A DNA stretch of 64,000 bases. It comes from Candidatus Latescibacterota bacterium. GTDB lineage: Bacteria > Latescibacterota > UBA2968 > GCA-2709665. The translations under genes and the position numbers were made by a program. Shown one piece after another: positions 10,356-21,323 of the stretch (position 1 is the first letter of the stretch; the number at the start of each line of letters is the position of its first letter). The stretch lies in assembly GCA_965203805.1 (NCBI GenBank), contig OZ241917.1, positions 160,001 to 224,000 on the forward strand, given 5' to 3'. The notes beneath the pieces were generated by a model. The model saw only the letters and a list, made by a program, of their open reading frames with translations, did no database searches and had not been told where the DNA came from.

Positions 10356-10970
10356 ATGATGGATCGACGGGAGAAGCATCGGACGATTCTGGTCGTTGGC
10401 GCACCCGGATCGGGCAAGGGAACGCAGGGGAAAATCCTGGGAAAGATACCGGGATTCCACCACCTGGCCTGCGGAGACGTTTTCAGGTCGCTCGATCCGG
10501 GCAGCGAGTTGGGCAAGATATTTCTGGCCTATTCCGGCAAGGGCCGGTTGGTTCCGGACCAGTTCACGGTGCAGTTGTGGCTGGACCACATTCGAGGCGC
10601 CATTCATAACGGCGGTTTTCGACCTGAAGAGGAGGTGCTCGTTCTCGACGGCATCCCGCGCAATCCGCGCCAGGCTGAAATGATGGTGAACTATATAGAC
10701 GTCAATCTGCTTATTCATCTGGATACAGCCGACGACAACGTCCTGGTTGAACGGGCGCTTCGCAGGGCGCTCAGAGAGAACCGGCTCGACGATGCCAGCG
10801 AAGCCGTCATCAGGCGGCGGATGCGCGAATTCGAGCGGGAGACCGCGCCTCTGCTGGACTATTATCCTGCAGAGGTGATTCGCCGGGTAGACGGAGACCA
10901 GAAACCGGTAGACGTATTGCGCGACGTCATCGGAATCATCCAGGAAGTCGATGCCGTGACAGGTTTCTGA
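10356..10970 (+). CDS. adk: Adenylate / nucleoside monophosphate kinase, short-LID type
   Basis: GAPGSGKGTQ, GDVFR, LVPD, LDGIPR, RLDD. Confidence 0.8.
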   Translation: MMDRREKHRTILVVGAPGSGKGTQGKILGKIPGFHHLACGDVFRSLDPGSELGKIFLAYSGKGRLVPDQFTVQLWLDHIRGAIHNGGFRPEEEVLVLDGIPRNPRQAEMMVNYIDVNLLIHLDTADDNVLVERALRRALRENRLDDASEAVIRRRMREFERETAPLLDYYPAEVIRRVDGDQKPVDVLRDVIGIIQEVDAVTGF

Positions 10971-10994
10971 GATCCGCTGTCGATCGGTGTGGAT

Positions 10995-11029
10995 GACGGT
11001 CGCCCGTTCTCGGGCGGCCGTCGCATTTT
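10995..11029 (+). terminator. Hairpin after the kinase gene, possible terminator
   Basis: GACGGTCGCCCG-TTCT-CGGGCGGCCGTC-GCATTTT. Confidence 0.5.
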
Positions 11030-11139
11030 GGGTATAAAGGGAATTCCGGATCCCGGTTCCGGGTTTCCGCGGTCCCCGCCACCCTGCCGGCCTTCGGTTT
11101 GGAGGCCGGTTCCATCTCGACGCAGGAGCAACATCAGAG

Positions 11140-14100
11140 ATGACTCGTTTGAGTTTCGGCCTGACATTACTGTTCCTGGCGTCGCCGGCCGTGGCGTCGC
11201 GCGCGATGACGGATTGGGCGGTGTACCAGCAGGACGACGGGCTTGCCCATAACGTCGTGACCGCAGTCGTGCAGGCGAAAGACGGCGCAATGTGGTTTGC
11301 CACACGCGGGGGTATCTCCCGATACGACGGCACGACCTGGCGGACGTTTACCGAAAAGCAGGGATTGCCCGCCAACGGGTTCAGCGGACTGTACGAAGCT
11401 GAGGACGGCACGCTGTGGGCCACCGGAGGACTCGGATTTCGGGGGCAGATCGAAAACCACATCGCCCGGCTGGCCGGGGACCGCTGGGAGCCGGTCATGT
11501 TGCCGGAAAACCTCGTGGATGTGAACGTGGGGCCGGTGATCGGCGTCGGCGAAGGAGGCTTGTGTTTTGCCACCGGGGGTATGGGAATACTCCACTTTAC
11601 CGGTGAAGAATGGAAGACGATCGATGAAGTGGATGGGCTTGCGTCCAACTATGTGCAATGCCTCTTGCGGTCGAAAGACGGCGCCGTATGGGCCGCGCAC
11701 ACCGGGCGGCGTCCGGGCGTGCCGTCTCCGCCCCGGTCGATGCGGGGGCGGGGCGGGGGCATGAGCCGATTCGACCCCGTGACCAATGAATGGGTGAAAG
11801 TCGCCACGCCTCGCGCCCTGGCGGGTAGCGCGGTCACGGCGATGGCCCAGGCGGTTGACGGCGCCGTCTGGATGGGTACGCTGAATCGCGGCGTCATGCG
11901 TTACGACGGTATCCATTGGCAGGGATTTTCGGTGGCGGACGGACTGCCCGCGGATCGGGTGCTGTCAGTGGCCGCGGCGCCCGACGGGTCCGTCTGGTTG
12001 GGAACCGTGGGGGGGGTGGTGCGGTTCCCGGCATTCGGAAGTGAATCGCAGGCCGGGGATCGCGGGCGGGTTCTTCAGGTCTTTACGGAAGAGAACGGGC
12101 TTCCAAGCAATCTGGTGACGTCCGTCTGCACAAGCACAGACGGTTCCGTATGGGTGGGAACGGCATGGGGTGTGGCGCGATACGGCGCCACCGGCTGGGA
12201 CCACCACCACCGCTGGGCGGGCGCGTCCGACCGTGGCGGGGTGGCCCTTGAACGCACGGCGGACGGCCGTTTGTGGGCGGCCACGGGAGAGCGTGTCTAC
12301 GAATATGACGGCGCCAACTGGAACGAGTCGTACCGGATTCGGAGGAACGGCCGCCGAAGGCCGGGGCGCATCGTGGCGCTGGAAGAAGGACGGGGCGGCA
12401 CGCTCTGGGCTGCCGTCGGCCGGCGTGTGTTGCGATTTGACGGCGTCCAATGGAAGGAATTCGGACTGCCCATGTCGGGCCCCGGATCGCGGATTCTGTC
12501 TATCTCTCCCGCGCGTTCCGGCGGGACGTGGGCTGGCACGCGCGCCGGGCTGTTTCGATTCGATGGGGAGGAATGGTCCGCGCACACGACCGGGATTTCA
12601 GGAGGAGTAAATGCGGTATACGAGTCCGGCGATGGCGCCCTCTGGCTTGGCGCCGCCGCCGGTGTCGTTCTGGAGAAAGACGGCGAACGAAGGACGTTTA
12701 CCACTGCCCACGGGTTGCCCGACGAGCCTGTCATCGCGCTGGCGGAATCGCAGGGCGCTGTCTGGGCCGCAACCCGCTTTAAGGGTATGTTTCGGTACCA
12801 TCAGGGTGCGTGGGAGGCCGTGCCGAGAGGAGACCAGACCGTTTTCGGCGGGGCGCACAGGCTCTTCGTGGATGACGACGGCATACTCTGGCTGGCGTCT
12901 CTCGCGATAGGCGCCGTCCATACCGATGGGGAGACCTGGACGCGGTACACGACGCGCAGCGGCCTGCCCGGCGCCAGCGTGTGGGACATCGCGCAGGACA
13001 GGCACGGCCGATTCTGGTTTGCAACGGACAAGGGTCTGGGATGCTACACGAGAGATGCGATCGCACCGGAAACATCGCTCTCCATGCCATCCAACGAGGT
13101 GGCGCCCTACCAGAGCGTGTTGTTCAAGTTCTCCGGTCAGGACGCCTGGAAGGATACCCCCACACGGGATCTGAAATACGCCTGGCGGGTGGACGGCGGC
13201 GACTGGTCGGTGTTTTCGGGCGAGGATCAGGCGCTCATGGGCCGCGTGGATCCTGGACCTCACACTTTCGAGGTGCGCGCGATGGACCGGGGATTCAATG
13301 TAGATCCGACACCGGCGCGCCGCACTTTCGTGGTTCTGGCGCCGGTCTGGCAGCGGCCGTGGTTCGTGGCGCTCAGTGTATTCTCTTTCGTGGCTCTCTG
13401 CGTATCGTCCGGGTACGCGCTGCACCGTCATCGACGGTGGCAGGAGGAACAGGCGCGGCAGATTCAGGAGCTGGAATCCGAGTTGCAGCAGGCGCACAGG
13501 ATGCAGATGGGGCTGCTGCCCACAGGCCCGATCCGGGACGAATCCTTTGAAATCGCGGGGGTCTGCGCACCGGCGAACCACGTTGGCGGCGACTATTTCA
13601 ATTATTTCTGGCTGGACGAGCGTACGCTGGGCTTCGGCGCTGCGGACGTATCGGGAAAGGCGATGGAGGCCGCGGTTCGCGCGATGCAGTTAAGCGGAAT
13701 CTTCAGGTACGAATTTCGAGGCCGGAGGCCGTTGAACGAGGTTGCGATGCGCCTGGACGAGGATTTGAGAGAGCAGATGGACGAGGCCAGTTTCGTCACC
13801 TGCTGCCTCGGCACGCTGAATCTCGAAACACGGTGCGTACAACTGATTAATGCCGCCCATCCCTTTCCGTATCACTATTCCGCCAGCGCTCGGGAATTGC
13901 GCGAAATTCACCTGCCGTCCATTCCTCTGGGCATCGTGTTGCCCCCGGGAAGCGCCGGGGGGCACGCGGAGGCCGCCATCCCCGTCGCGCCGGACGACTT
14001 GCTGGTGTTCTACAGCGATGGTGTAACGGATATGAGGAATGCGGCGGGCGAATTCTACGAGACGGATCGGCTGGAACAGACCATCAAGGCGCACATTCAC

Positions 14101-14235
14101 GCGGGCGCCGCGGATCTGGTCTCGGTGATCCTCGAGGATGTATACCGTTTCAAGGGAGAGGCGTCTCAGGCCGACGATATCACGCTTCTGGTGATTCGAA
14201 TGCAGAACGCAGACCGCGCGGAAACCGGCGGATGA
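11140..14235 (+). CDS. Membrane sensor phosphatase: beta-propeller repeats, Y_Y_Y-like domain, TM, SpoIIE/PP2C domain
   Basis: Signal peptide; repeated GL..N.V..DG..W.GT..G..RYDG units; YAWRVDG..PGPHTFEVRAMD; TM; VGGDYF, ADVSGK, NAAHP, YSDGVTD, DDITLL. Confidence 0.88.
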   Translation: MTRLSFGLTLLFLASPAVASRAMTDWAVYQQDDGLAHNVVTAVVQAKDGAMWFATRGGISRYDGTTWRTFTEKQGLPANGFSGLYEAEDGTLWATGGLGFRGQIENHIARLAGDRWEPVMLPENLVDVNVGPVIGVGEGGLCFATGGMGILHFTGEEWKTIDEVDGLASNYVQCLLRSKDGAVWAAHTGRRPGVPSPPRSMRGRGGGMSRFDPVTNEWVKVATPRALAGSAVTAMAQAVDGAVWMGTLNRGVMRYDGIHWQGFSVADGLPADRVLSVAAAPDGSVWLGTVGGVVRFPAFGSESQAGDRGRVLQVFTEENGLPSNLVTSVCTSTDGSVWVGTAWGVARYGATGWDHHHRWAGASDRGGVALERTADGRLWAATGERVYEYDGANWNESYRIRRNGRRRPGRIVALEEGRGGTLWAAVGRRVLRFDGVQWKEFGLPMSGPGSRILSISPARSGGTWAGTRAGLFRFDGEEWSAHTTGISGGVNAVYESGDGALWLGAAAGVVLEKDGERRTFTTAHGLPDEPVIALAESQGAVWAATRFKGMFRYHQGAWEAVPRGDQTVFGGAHRLFVDDDGILWLASLAIGAVHTDGETWTRYTTRSGLPGASVWDIAQDRHGRFWFATDKGLGCYTRDAIAPETSLSMPSNEVAPYQSVLFKFSGQDAWKDTPTRDLKYAWRVDGGDWSVFSGEDQALMGRVDPGPHTFEVRAMDRGFNVDPTPARRTFVVLAPVWQRPWFVALSVFSFVALCVSSGYALHRHRRWQEEQARQIQELESELQQAHRMQMGLLPTGPIRDESFEIAGVCAPANHVGGDYFNYFWLDERTLGFGAADVSGKAMEAAVRAMQLSGIFRYEFRGRRPLNEVAMRLDEDLREQMDEASFVTCCLGTLNLETRCVQLINAAHPFPYHYSASARELREIHLPSIPLGIVLPPGSAGGHAEAAIPVAPDDLLVFYSDGVTDMRNAAGEFYETDRLEQTIKAHIHAGAADLVSVILEDVYRFKGEASQADDITLLVIRMQNADRAETGG

Positions 14236-14286
14236 GTCCGACACACCCGGTGTGCGCAGGCGGCGTCACGTCGTGTGAAAGGATGC

Positions 14287-15165
14287 CTAGGCGCGTTCGT
14301 TATCGTCCGCCGGTCCGATCCCGGGATTGCGCGCTTCCGCGGATTTCACCGTCTGGGCGATCAAGGTGGCAATAGTCATTGGCCCCACGCCGCCGGGTAC
14401 GGGCGTGTAGGCCGCGCATCGGTCCACGACAGCAGAGAGTTCCACGTCGCCGACCGGCCCCGGATGGTAGCCGGCGTCAATGACGACCGCGTCGTCCGCA
14501 ATCCAATCGGCCCTGATGAACTCCGGTCTCCCGACCGCCCCGACGACAATGTCGGCCCAACGCACAATGCATGGCAGATTTCGGGTTCTGGAATGACAAA
14601 TGGTCACGGTTGCGTTCGCATTCAGCAGCATCATGGCCATTGGTTTGCCCAGAATGGGGCTCCGACCGACCACAACGGCGTTTCTGCCCTCCAGCGGGAT
14701 ATCGTAATGAAGAAGAAGCTTCATAATGCCCGCCGGTGTCGCCGCGCCGTAGGCTGGCGCACCCATCGCCATGAGACCGAAGCCGTGCGCCGTGACGCCG
14801 TCCACATCTTTGCGGGGCGAGATCCGGTCGAAGCACGTGCGCTCGTGGATATGGGCGGGAACCGGATGCTGCAGGAGAATTCCGTGTACGCGCGGGTCCG
14901 CGTTGAGCCTGTCGATTTCGGCCAGGAGTTGGCGCGTGGTCGTTTCTTCCCGCAGCAGGACTCGAACTGAATCCATGCCCACCCGTTTGCAGGCGTTTCC
15001 TTTCATTCGTACATAGGTGGCCGAGGCCGGGTCGTCTCCCACCAGAATGGTGGCAAGTACGGGGACCATGCCGTCCGCACGGTCCCGGATATGCGCCACC
15101 CGTTGTTTCAGGTCGAATTCAATCTGTCCGGCGAGTCTCTTTCCATCCAGAACCGTTGCAGGCAT
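14287..15165 (-). CDS. folD: Methylenetetrahydrofolate dehydrogenase/cyclohydrolase
   Basis: [48 protein letters not shown]. Confidence 0.96.
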   Translation of the reverse strand: MPATVLDGKRLAGQIEFDLKQRVAHIRDRADGMVPVLATILVGDDPASATYVRMKGNACKRVGMDSVRVLLREETTTRQLLAEIDRLNADPRVHGILLQHPVPAHIHERTCFDRISPRKDVDGVTAHGFGLMAMGAPAYGAATPAGIMKLLLHYDIPLEGRNAVVVGRSPILGKPMAMMLLNANATVTICHSRTRNLPCIVRWADIVVGAVGRPEFIRADWIADDAVVIDAGYHPGPVGDVELSAVVDRCAAYTPVPGGVGPMTIATLIAQTVKSAEARNPGIGPADDNERA

Positions 15166-15279
15166 CCCGCCTCCCTGTCTGCGGTCTATCACCCTGTCGC
15201 GTCCTCCGGTTGTCGCAACCGACCTCCCGGACGTGACGGCGCCGGCCCGTCCACCCCTCGTAACGTCTCCTGTTCTCTC

Positions 15280-18200
15280 TTACCCTTCCTCGCACCACTT
15301 CCGGGCATTCTGAAAGAGCTGCAGCCAGGGCGAAGCGCCAAGGCGCTGCTTCCAGGATTCCGGCATCCAGCCCCACTGCCATTTCAGGAACGTCCTCTCC
15401 GGGTGCGGCATCATCGCCAGGTGGCGGCCGTCCGGGGAACAGAGGGCGGCGATGCCAAGGGGAGAGCCGTTGGGATTGAACGGATAGGCTTCACTGATTC
15501 GATCGGCGTCGTCGACGTATCGGATGGGGGCCAGGCTTTCCCGGATGACCCCATCCAGCGTTTCAGCGTCCGGAAAATGGATTCGGCCCTCGCCGTGCGC
15601 AACCCATATTCCCAGGGTGGCGCCACGCATGTTTCTGAGCATCACCGCCGGACTTTCCTGGATCTGTACCGTGACGAAGCGTGACTCGAAACGCCCGGAT
15701 GTATTCTGGACGAATCGAGGCTGACTCCCGGTTTCGATGCCCGGCCGGGGTACCCATCCGAGCAGGGCCATCAGCTGGCAGCCATTGCAGACGCCCAGGC
15801 TGAATGTGTCCGGTCGTACGTAAAACGACTGAAATTGGTCGCGCAGCCCCGGACTGAACCGGATGACTCCCGCCCATCCCTTGGCGGAATCCAGGACGTC
15901 CGCGTAACTGAAACCACCGACAAACGCGATGCCGCGAAAGGCGTCCAGCTGAACCCGATCAGCCTGAAGATCGGTCATGGTCACGTCCCAGGGCTCCAGG
16001 CCTGCCGCGTGGAACGCCGAGGCCATCTCACGGTCGCCGTTGCTTCCTTCCTCGCGGACGATGGCAACCGGAATCTTTGTCCGGGACGCCAGAATCTCGG
16101 GCGCGGTCGGCGCCGGTGTGAACGGTACCGTGTATCGGGGCGCCACTCGCTGCCTCAGCGAGTGGCGTTCCTGCTCCACGCACTGCGGGTCTGCCTGAAG
16201 CCGCTCGAGTCGGTAGCTCGTTTCCTCCCACAGGTCGCGAAGGTCCGCCATTTCATCGTCGAGTACGGTCAGGCCGTTCACGGCGATCTGTACCGACGTG
16301 TCTTCCGTGGTTTCGCCAATGGGAATACAGGGCACGTCCGCGGCCTCGAGGGTTTCGAGAACATGGGATGCTTTTTCGGCATGTACTTCGAATACCAGGC
16401 CCATCTCCTCGGAAAAGAGGGACGCCATCGGATCTGTAGACGCCGGAAGATCGATGCGGATGCCGCAATTTCCGGCAAACGCCATTTCGAGCAGACAGGT
16501 TACGATGCCGCCGTCGCTGCGGTCGTGACCCGCGGCAACGGCGTTTTCGGCGATGAGTCGCTGCATGGCGTTGAACGCGCGTTTGAGCCGACCGGGGTCG
16601 TCAACGTCGGGCGGCGTATCGCCGATCTGGCTGTAAACCTGGGCGAGGGCGGAACCGCCAAGGCGGTTCCTTCCGCCTGACATGTCGATGAAGAGCAGGC
16701 GACTGTTTCCGGGGAGTTTGAGGTCCGGCGTGACAACCCTGGTGACATCCGGACACGTTACATAAGCCGAAACGACCAGGGCTCCCGGCGCGGTCACGGT
16801 TTCCTCGGTCCCGTCGGGTCCGGGGGCCAGCGCAGCCATGGACAGGCTGTCTTTCCCGCCGTCGATGGCGATACCCAGCTCAAGCATCATGTCCACCATG
16901 GACGTGGCCGCATCGTAAAGCGAGGCGCCTTCGCCCGGCAGTTTCGCGGCCCACATCCAGTTCCCGGAGCATTTGACGTCTTCCAGGGAGCTTATGTGAG
17001 CCCATACCAGATTGGTCAGTGCTTCTCCGACGGTCATCCGGGCCATTGTCGCGGGGTCCAACAGCCCGATTACGGGCTGCTCCCCGATGGCCGTGGCGGC
17101 GCCGGTGATGCCGAAGTGGCTTTGCGCAATCACGGCGACGTCTGAAACCGTGAGCTGAAGCGGGCCCGCGCATTGCTGGCGAGCAACCAGTCCGGTGACG
17201 CTACGGTCGACCTTGTTGGTCAGAAAACGTTTGGAGCCAACCGAAACGAGGCGCAACACCCTCTCCAATGCGGACTTTACGGTGACGTCTTCAGGCAAAT
17301 TGAGGGGGGCCAATTCGGGTTGATTACGGTAGAGTTCGAATTCCTTCCGGGGCATGTCGCCCAGCACTTTGTCCAGTTCCAGGTCAACCGGGGTGGTGCC
17401 GTCATCGTCGTCGTACAGGACGATTCTTCCGCTTCCGGTTACATGCCCCACAAACGCCGCCTGTATCTTTTCGCGACCGCACAGGGCTCTGAACGCGCCC
17501 TCGTGCCGGGGATGCAGAAGCAGCGCGTCGTTTTCCTGGTATTCGGCGCCCCAGATCTCCAGCACGGACAGCGACCGGTCGCCCACGGGCAGCTGGCGAA
17601 CCTCGATGCGGGCGCCTTCAGGCGCGACGATTTCCTTGAGGACGTTACAGTTGCCGCCGGCCCCCTGGTCGTGGATGCTGACGATGGGATTGTCTTCGCC
17701 CATTTCCACGCATGCGCGGATGACCCGGTTTACTTTCTGCTCCATTTCAGCATCGCCCCGCTGTACCGCGTTGAAGTCCAATTCGGCCGTGTTCTCGCCC
17801 TGCACCATCGACGAAGCCGCCCCACCTCCCATCCCGATGCGGTACGCGGGACCTCCGAGCTTGACTACCCACATCTTCCTTTCGGGTTTTCCCTTGGTCG
17901 TGTGGCGGGCGTCGATCTGGCCGATGCCCCCGGTGAACATGATGGGTTTGATCCATTCGCGGCGCTGTCCGTTCGGCAGCCGCATACCAAATGCGCGGGT
18001 ATAGCCCTGAATGAGCGGTTCGCCGAATTTATTGCCGTAGTCGGACGCGCCGTTGCTGGCTTCGATTTCGATCCGGACGGGAGATGCCAGATTTCGGGGA
18101 TATGCGAACGTCCGGTCCTCCCAGGGCATCTCATAGCCGGGGATGCGGAGATTGCCCACGCAGTAGGCCGCGGTACCAGCGACGACAAGGCCGCCCCGAC

Positions 18201-19191
18201 CGACGGCATGCACGTCCCTGATGCGGCCGCCCGTACCGGTTTCCGCTCCCGGGAACGGCGCGACTCCGGTGGGAAAATTATGCGTTTCAGCGGTGAAGAC
18301 GATGTCATAATTCCGTTCGGAAGCGGCGAAAGGGCTCGGTTCTCCGGGCCTGCCGGGCAGGATGGTTCTCACAGAATACCCTCTGATGCCGCTGGCGTTG
18401 TCCCTGAACGCAATCGCGCTGTTGCCGGGGTTGGCTGCCAGGGGCCGCTGAATCATACCTAGAAGATGCTCCTGAATCTCCTCGCCGTCGATCGTCAGCC
18501 GGCCTCGAAAAAACCAGTGCCGCGAGTGTTCGCTGTTGGACTGGGCAATGTCGAAACACTCCACGTTCGTGGGATTGCGTCTAAAGTGATCCAGAAAGAG
18601 GTCCGTATAATAGTCGAGGTCCCATTCATCGAAGGCCAGTCCCAACGTTGCGTTGATGCGTTCCAACGCCGGTCTTCCCTCTTGAATGAGCGGGACCTCG
18701 GAGACGGGCTCCGGCAGCACGCCGGTCTCGAAGGACGCCAGCGGCGAGGGGTATTCGCATTCGGTCATGCGGTCATGGATCAGTTCGAGGAATTCGGATT
18801 CCTGCTCGTGCGTCAGCCGGGGCCGCAGCAGATAGCGCCTCGAGCGCTCGACGCGAGTGACTCCCGTCAGACCGCATGCGTGGCAGACTGAAACGGCGTT
18901 CGTGGACCAGGCCGTGCTGAAGTTCAGGCGAGGACCGACCTCGATCAGCGTGCCGTCATCGCCCAGAAACGGCGTTGGGCCGAACTTTTCCGGTTCGAAG
19001 GTCTCGCTCAGGAGCCAGGTGAGCCGCTCCCGTTCTCCGGCGGCCAATGAACCCTTCGGTGCGACGTTGAAGCAGGTTTCGGTTTCAAGCCGCGCAACAC
19101 CGTGACAGACGGTCTGTCGGACCTGACTGATCAGGGAGTCGGTCTGAGTCGGGGAGAGGTGCGGCGTGCGGTATAGATGTAGAAGACCCAC
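15280..19191 (-). CDS. purL: Phosphoribosylformylglycinamidine synthase, large single-chain type
   Basis: QSNSEHSRH, AETHNFPT, GAETGTGGRIRD, SIHDQGAGG, FLTNKVDRSV, GGFSYAD, GVCNGCQ, MMPHPER; GTG start chosen after AAGGAA. Confidence 0.96.
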   Translation of the reverse strand: MGLLHLYRTPHLSPTQTDSLISQVRQTVCHGVARLETETCFNVAPKGSLAAGERERLTWLLSETFEPEKFGPTPFLGDDGTLIEVGPRLNFSTAWSTNAVSVCHACGLTGVTRVERSRRYLLRPRLTHEQESEFLELIHDRMTECEYPSPLASFETGVLPEPVSEVPLIQEGRPALERINATLGLAFDEWDLDYYTDLFLDHFRRNPTNVECFDIAQSNSEHSRHWFFRGRLTIDGEEIQEHLLGMIQRPLAANPGNSAIAFRDNASGIRGYSVRTILPGRPGEPSPFAASERNYDIVFTAETHNFPTGVAPFPGAETGTGGRIRDVHAVGRGGLVVAGTAAYCVGNLRIPGYEMPWEDRTFAYPRNLASPVRIEIEASNGASDYGNKFGEPLIQGYTRAFGMRLPNGQRREWIKPIMFTGGIGQIDARHTTKGKPERKMWVVKLGGPAYRIGMGGGAASSMVQGENTAELDFNAVQRGDAEMEQKVNRVIRACVEMGEDNPIVSIHDQGAGGNCNVLKEIVAPEGARIEVRQLPVGDRSLSVLEIWGAEYQENDALLLHPRHEGAFRALCGREKIQAAFVGHVTGSGRIVLYDDDDGTTPVDLELDKVLGDMPRKEFELYRNQPELAPLNLPEDVTVKSALERVLRLVSVGSKRFLTNKVDRSVTGLVARQQCAGPLQLTVSDVAVIAQSHFGITGAATAIGEQPVIGLLDPATMARMTVGEALTNLVWAHISSLEDVKCSGNWMWAAKLPGEGASLYDAATSMVDMMLELGIAIDGGKDSLSMAALAPGPDGTEETVTAPGALVVSAYVTCPDVTRVVTPDLKLPGNSRLLFIDMSGGRNRLGGSALAQVYSQIGDTPPDVDDPGRLKRAFNAMQRLIAENAVAAGHDRSDGGIVTCLLEMAFAGNCGIRIDLPASTDPMASLFSEEMGLVFEVHAEKASHVLETLEAADVPCIPIGETTEDTSVQIAVNGLTVLDDEMADLRDLWEETSYRLERLQADPQCVEQERHSLRQRVAPRYTVPFTPAPTAPEILASRTKIPVAIVREEGSNGDREMASAFHAAGLEPWDVTMTDLQADRVQLDAFRGIAFVGGFSYADVLDSAKGWAGVIRFSPGLRDQFQSFYVRPDTFSLGVCNGCQLMALLGWVPRPGIETGSQPRFVQNTSGRFESRFVTVQIQESPAVMLRNMRGATLGIWVAHGEGRIHFPDAETLDGVIRESLAPIRYVDDADRISEAYPFNPNGSPLGIAALCSPDGRHLAMMPHPERTFLKWQWGWMPESWKQRLGASPWLQLFQNARKWCEEG

Positions 19192-19199
19192 GTTTCGTT

Positions 19200-19952
19200 T
19201 CAGTTCCTTTCCGAGGCTGTCCATTGGGAAGCACCGATATGCGTGTGCAGCAATTCGGGCAGGGATCTGATGACTCGATCCGCCCGAATGTCGCTGTCAT
19301 GGGGCAGCCCCTCCCGTTTGGCATCGTTCCATACACAGTAGATGCCCAGTTTCTGCGGAACTGCTACCTCCCACTCCAGGTTGTCGCCCACCATCCACGT
19401 TTCCCCGGGCACGGCGTCCAGGAGGCGGAGCGCATCCGCATAGATTCGAATATCCGGCTTTCCGTAGCCGTACTCTCCTTCGATGAGAATGGCATCGAAG
19501 AATGGCGCAAGATTGAACCTGCGTATCTTATCCCGCTGGGGTTCGGCGCCTCCGTTCGTTACCAGCGCCATCCGCACCCGGCCGGCGCGAAGCGTTCGAA
19601 GCGTTTCGAGGGCGCCGGGGAACGGTTTAATCGTCTTTTGGCGCGCCTGGTGGTAGGATCGGGCGATTTCACCGGCGAGGTCCCAACTGTCTATGCCGAG
19701 CGTCCGCAAGCCATGGTGGATGAGTCGCTGGTACGCACGCGGCATGTTCTGGCGGTTCGCCCGGTGCCGGTCGGGATCGCCCCAGAACCAGGTTCGGGCC
19801 TCATTGAGCGCACGGAGCAGTTCGTTGGCATCGGCTCCGGGAATTCCGCACGCCGCCTCCTCGCAGACCCGCTTCCAGCACGGACCCGCATAGGTGGAAT
19901 AGGAGACGATGGTGTCGTCCAGATCCATCAACATCGCGGCGGGAAGGCGCAA
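19200..19952 (-). CDS. HAD-superfamily hydrolase; start uncertain
   Basis: DLDDT motif I, VTNG, GKPD, MVGDNLEWEV. Confidence 0.85.
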   Translation of the reverse strand: MRLPAAMLMDLDDTIVSYSTYAGPCWKRVCEEAACGIPGADANELLRALNEARTWFWGDPDRHRANRQNMPRAYQRLIHHGLRTLGIDSWDLAGEIARSYHQARQKTIKPFPGALETLRTLRAGRVRMALVTNGGAEPQRDKIRRFNLAPFFDAILIEGEYGYGKPDIRIYADALRLLDAVPGETWMVGDNLEWEVAVPQKLGIYCVWNDAKREGLPHDSDIRADRVIRSLPELLHTHIGASQWTASERN

Positions 19953-20069
19953 GGCCGGGCCCTTTCGATGATCGAGTTCGGCGTTGGTTCGGTTGTGGCG
20001 TCCCCGATAGAAAAGGGGTACCGCACGTGGCCAACCGGAATAATTATAGCGAATCGCGGTGCATATCGC

Positions 20070-20125
20070 CAATTTATAAATTTCATTAAATCAATAAAAA
20101 AATTTTATAATACTATAATACAAAG
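20070..20125. promoter_or_regulatory. AT-rich divergent promoter region
   Basis: About 55 nt of nearly pure A/T containing two TATAAT hexamers between divergent genes, in a GC-rich background. Confidence 0.5.
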
Positions 20126-20320
20126 ATGACCGGATACCGGGGACGCTCCACGCTTTCCGCTGGCTTACCGAAACCGAATTGGGTTGACAACCCGATTTGA
20201 TGGCCCTATTTTCTTCGCGGCATCCACGCGATGTCGTTTTCGGCCTTCGAGGGGTTCGCCGGGAGGGAACCTTCGAGGGCCGTTTTGACATGGCAGTCTT
20301 CTGTCTCGATGGGAGTGAGC

Positions 20321-21274
20321 ATGAATCTCCGTCCGCTCTGTTTGGGCGGTCCCCGGATTTCGGAAGTCGGACTGGGCGCCGGACCGTTCCGGGGATTGGA
20401 CTGGGGACCCGTGAACGACGAGACGTCGGTACGTACCGTCCACCGGGCGCTCGACGTGGGCGTGAACCTATTCGATACGGCTGACGCTTACGGGAACGGT
20501 CGCAGCGAACGGGTTCTGGGCAGGGCGCTGGCGGGGGTGCGGGAACAGGTCGTGCTGGCCACCAAAGGCGGCTGGTGGTACCTGGACGGCACCCCTTATT
20601 GCGATTTCTCGTTGATTTACCTGTGCCGGGCGGTAGAGGCCAGTCTGCGGTGTCTGAGAACGGACTATATCGATCTCTACTACATCCACGATCCGGATAC
20701 CGAGACCATTCGGCGAAGCGGTGTTTTCGAGTTTCTGAACCGGTTGAAAGAGGCGGGAACCATCCGTTTCGCCGGCGTTTCGGTCGATACGGTCGAGCAG
20801 GCGCGGCTGTGCATCGACTCCGGCTGTGTGGACGTGATTCAGATTTATTACAATATCTTGGACCAGCGTCCGGATCCCGGTCTGTTCGAGGCGGCACGGG
20901 CAGCGGGTGTCGGAACGGTGATCAAGGCGCCTATGGCGAGGGGTCTGTTGAGCGGGAAGTACCGAGAGGATTCCCGCTTTCCAGGAGCGGACTTTCGGTC
21001 GTATTGGCGCAGAGACGGCCGATTGCAGCGAGCGCTTGCCCAGGTGGCGAGGGTGGAAGCGCTGGTGGGCGGCCGGAGTCCAACGCTTGCACAGACGGCC
21101 CTCAGGTTCGTACTGAGCCATCCGGACGTGTCATGCGTGATTCCGGGCGCCAAGACGCCTGAACAGGCCGAGGCAAACGCGGCCGCGTCTGAATTGGGGT
21201 CGCTGGACGCCGCCGACGTTGCCGCGCTGAAGTCGCTCTACTCAGAGATGGCCGGTCCGGTTGATGCCCGGTAG
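20321..21274 (+). CDS. Aldo/keto reductase
   Basis: FDTADAYGNGRSE, LATK, SLRCLRTDYIDLYYIH, VIPGAK. Confidence 0.92.
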   Translation: MNLRPLCLGGPRISEVGLGAGPFRGLDWGPVNDETSVRTVHRALDVGVNLFDTADAYGNGRSERVLGRALAGVREQVVLATKGGWWYLDGTPYCDFSLIYLCRAVEASLRCLRTDYIDLYYIHDPDTETIRRSGVFEFLNRLKEAGTIRFAGVSVDTVEQARLCIDSGCVDVIQIYYNILDQRPDPGLFEAARAAGVGTVIKAPMARGLLSGKYREDSRFPGADFRSYWRRDGRLQRALAQVARVEALVGGRSPTLAQTALRFVLSHPDVSCVIPGAKTPEQAEANAAASELGSLDAADVAALKSLYSEMAGPVDAR

Positions 21275-21323
21275 CGGCGCGGGGAAGGCAGTGTATGGAA
21301 GGGTTGTTCATCCGTGCAAACCG

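Noticed and set aside
10113-11648. 511-aa minus-strand ORF
   Set aside because: Overlaps three well-supported plus-strand genes; no recognisable motifs.
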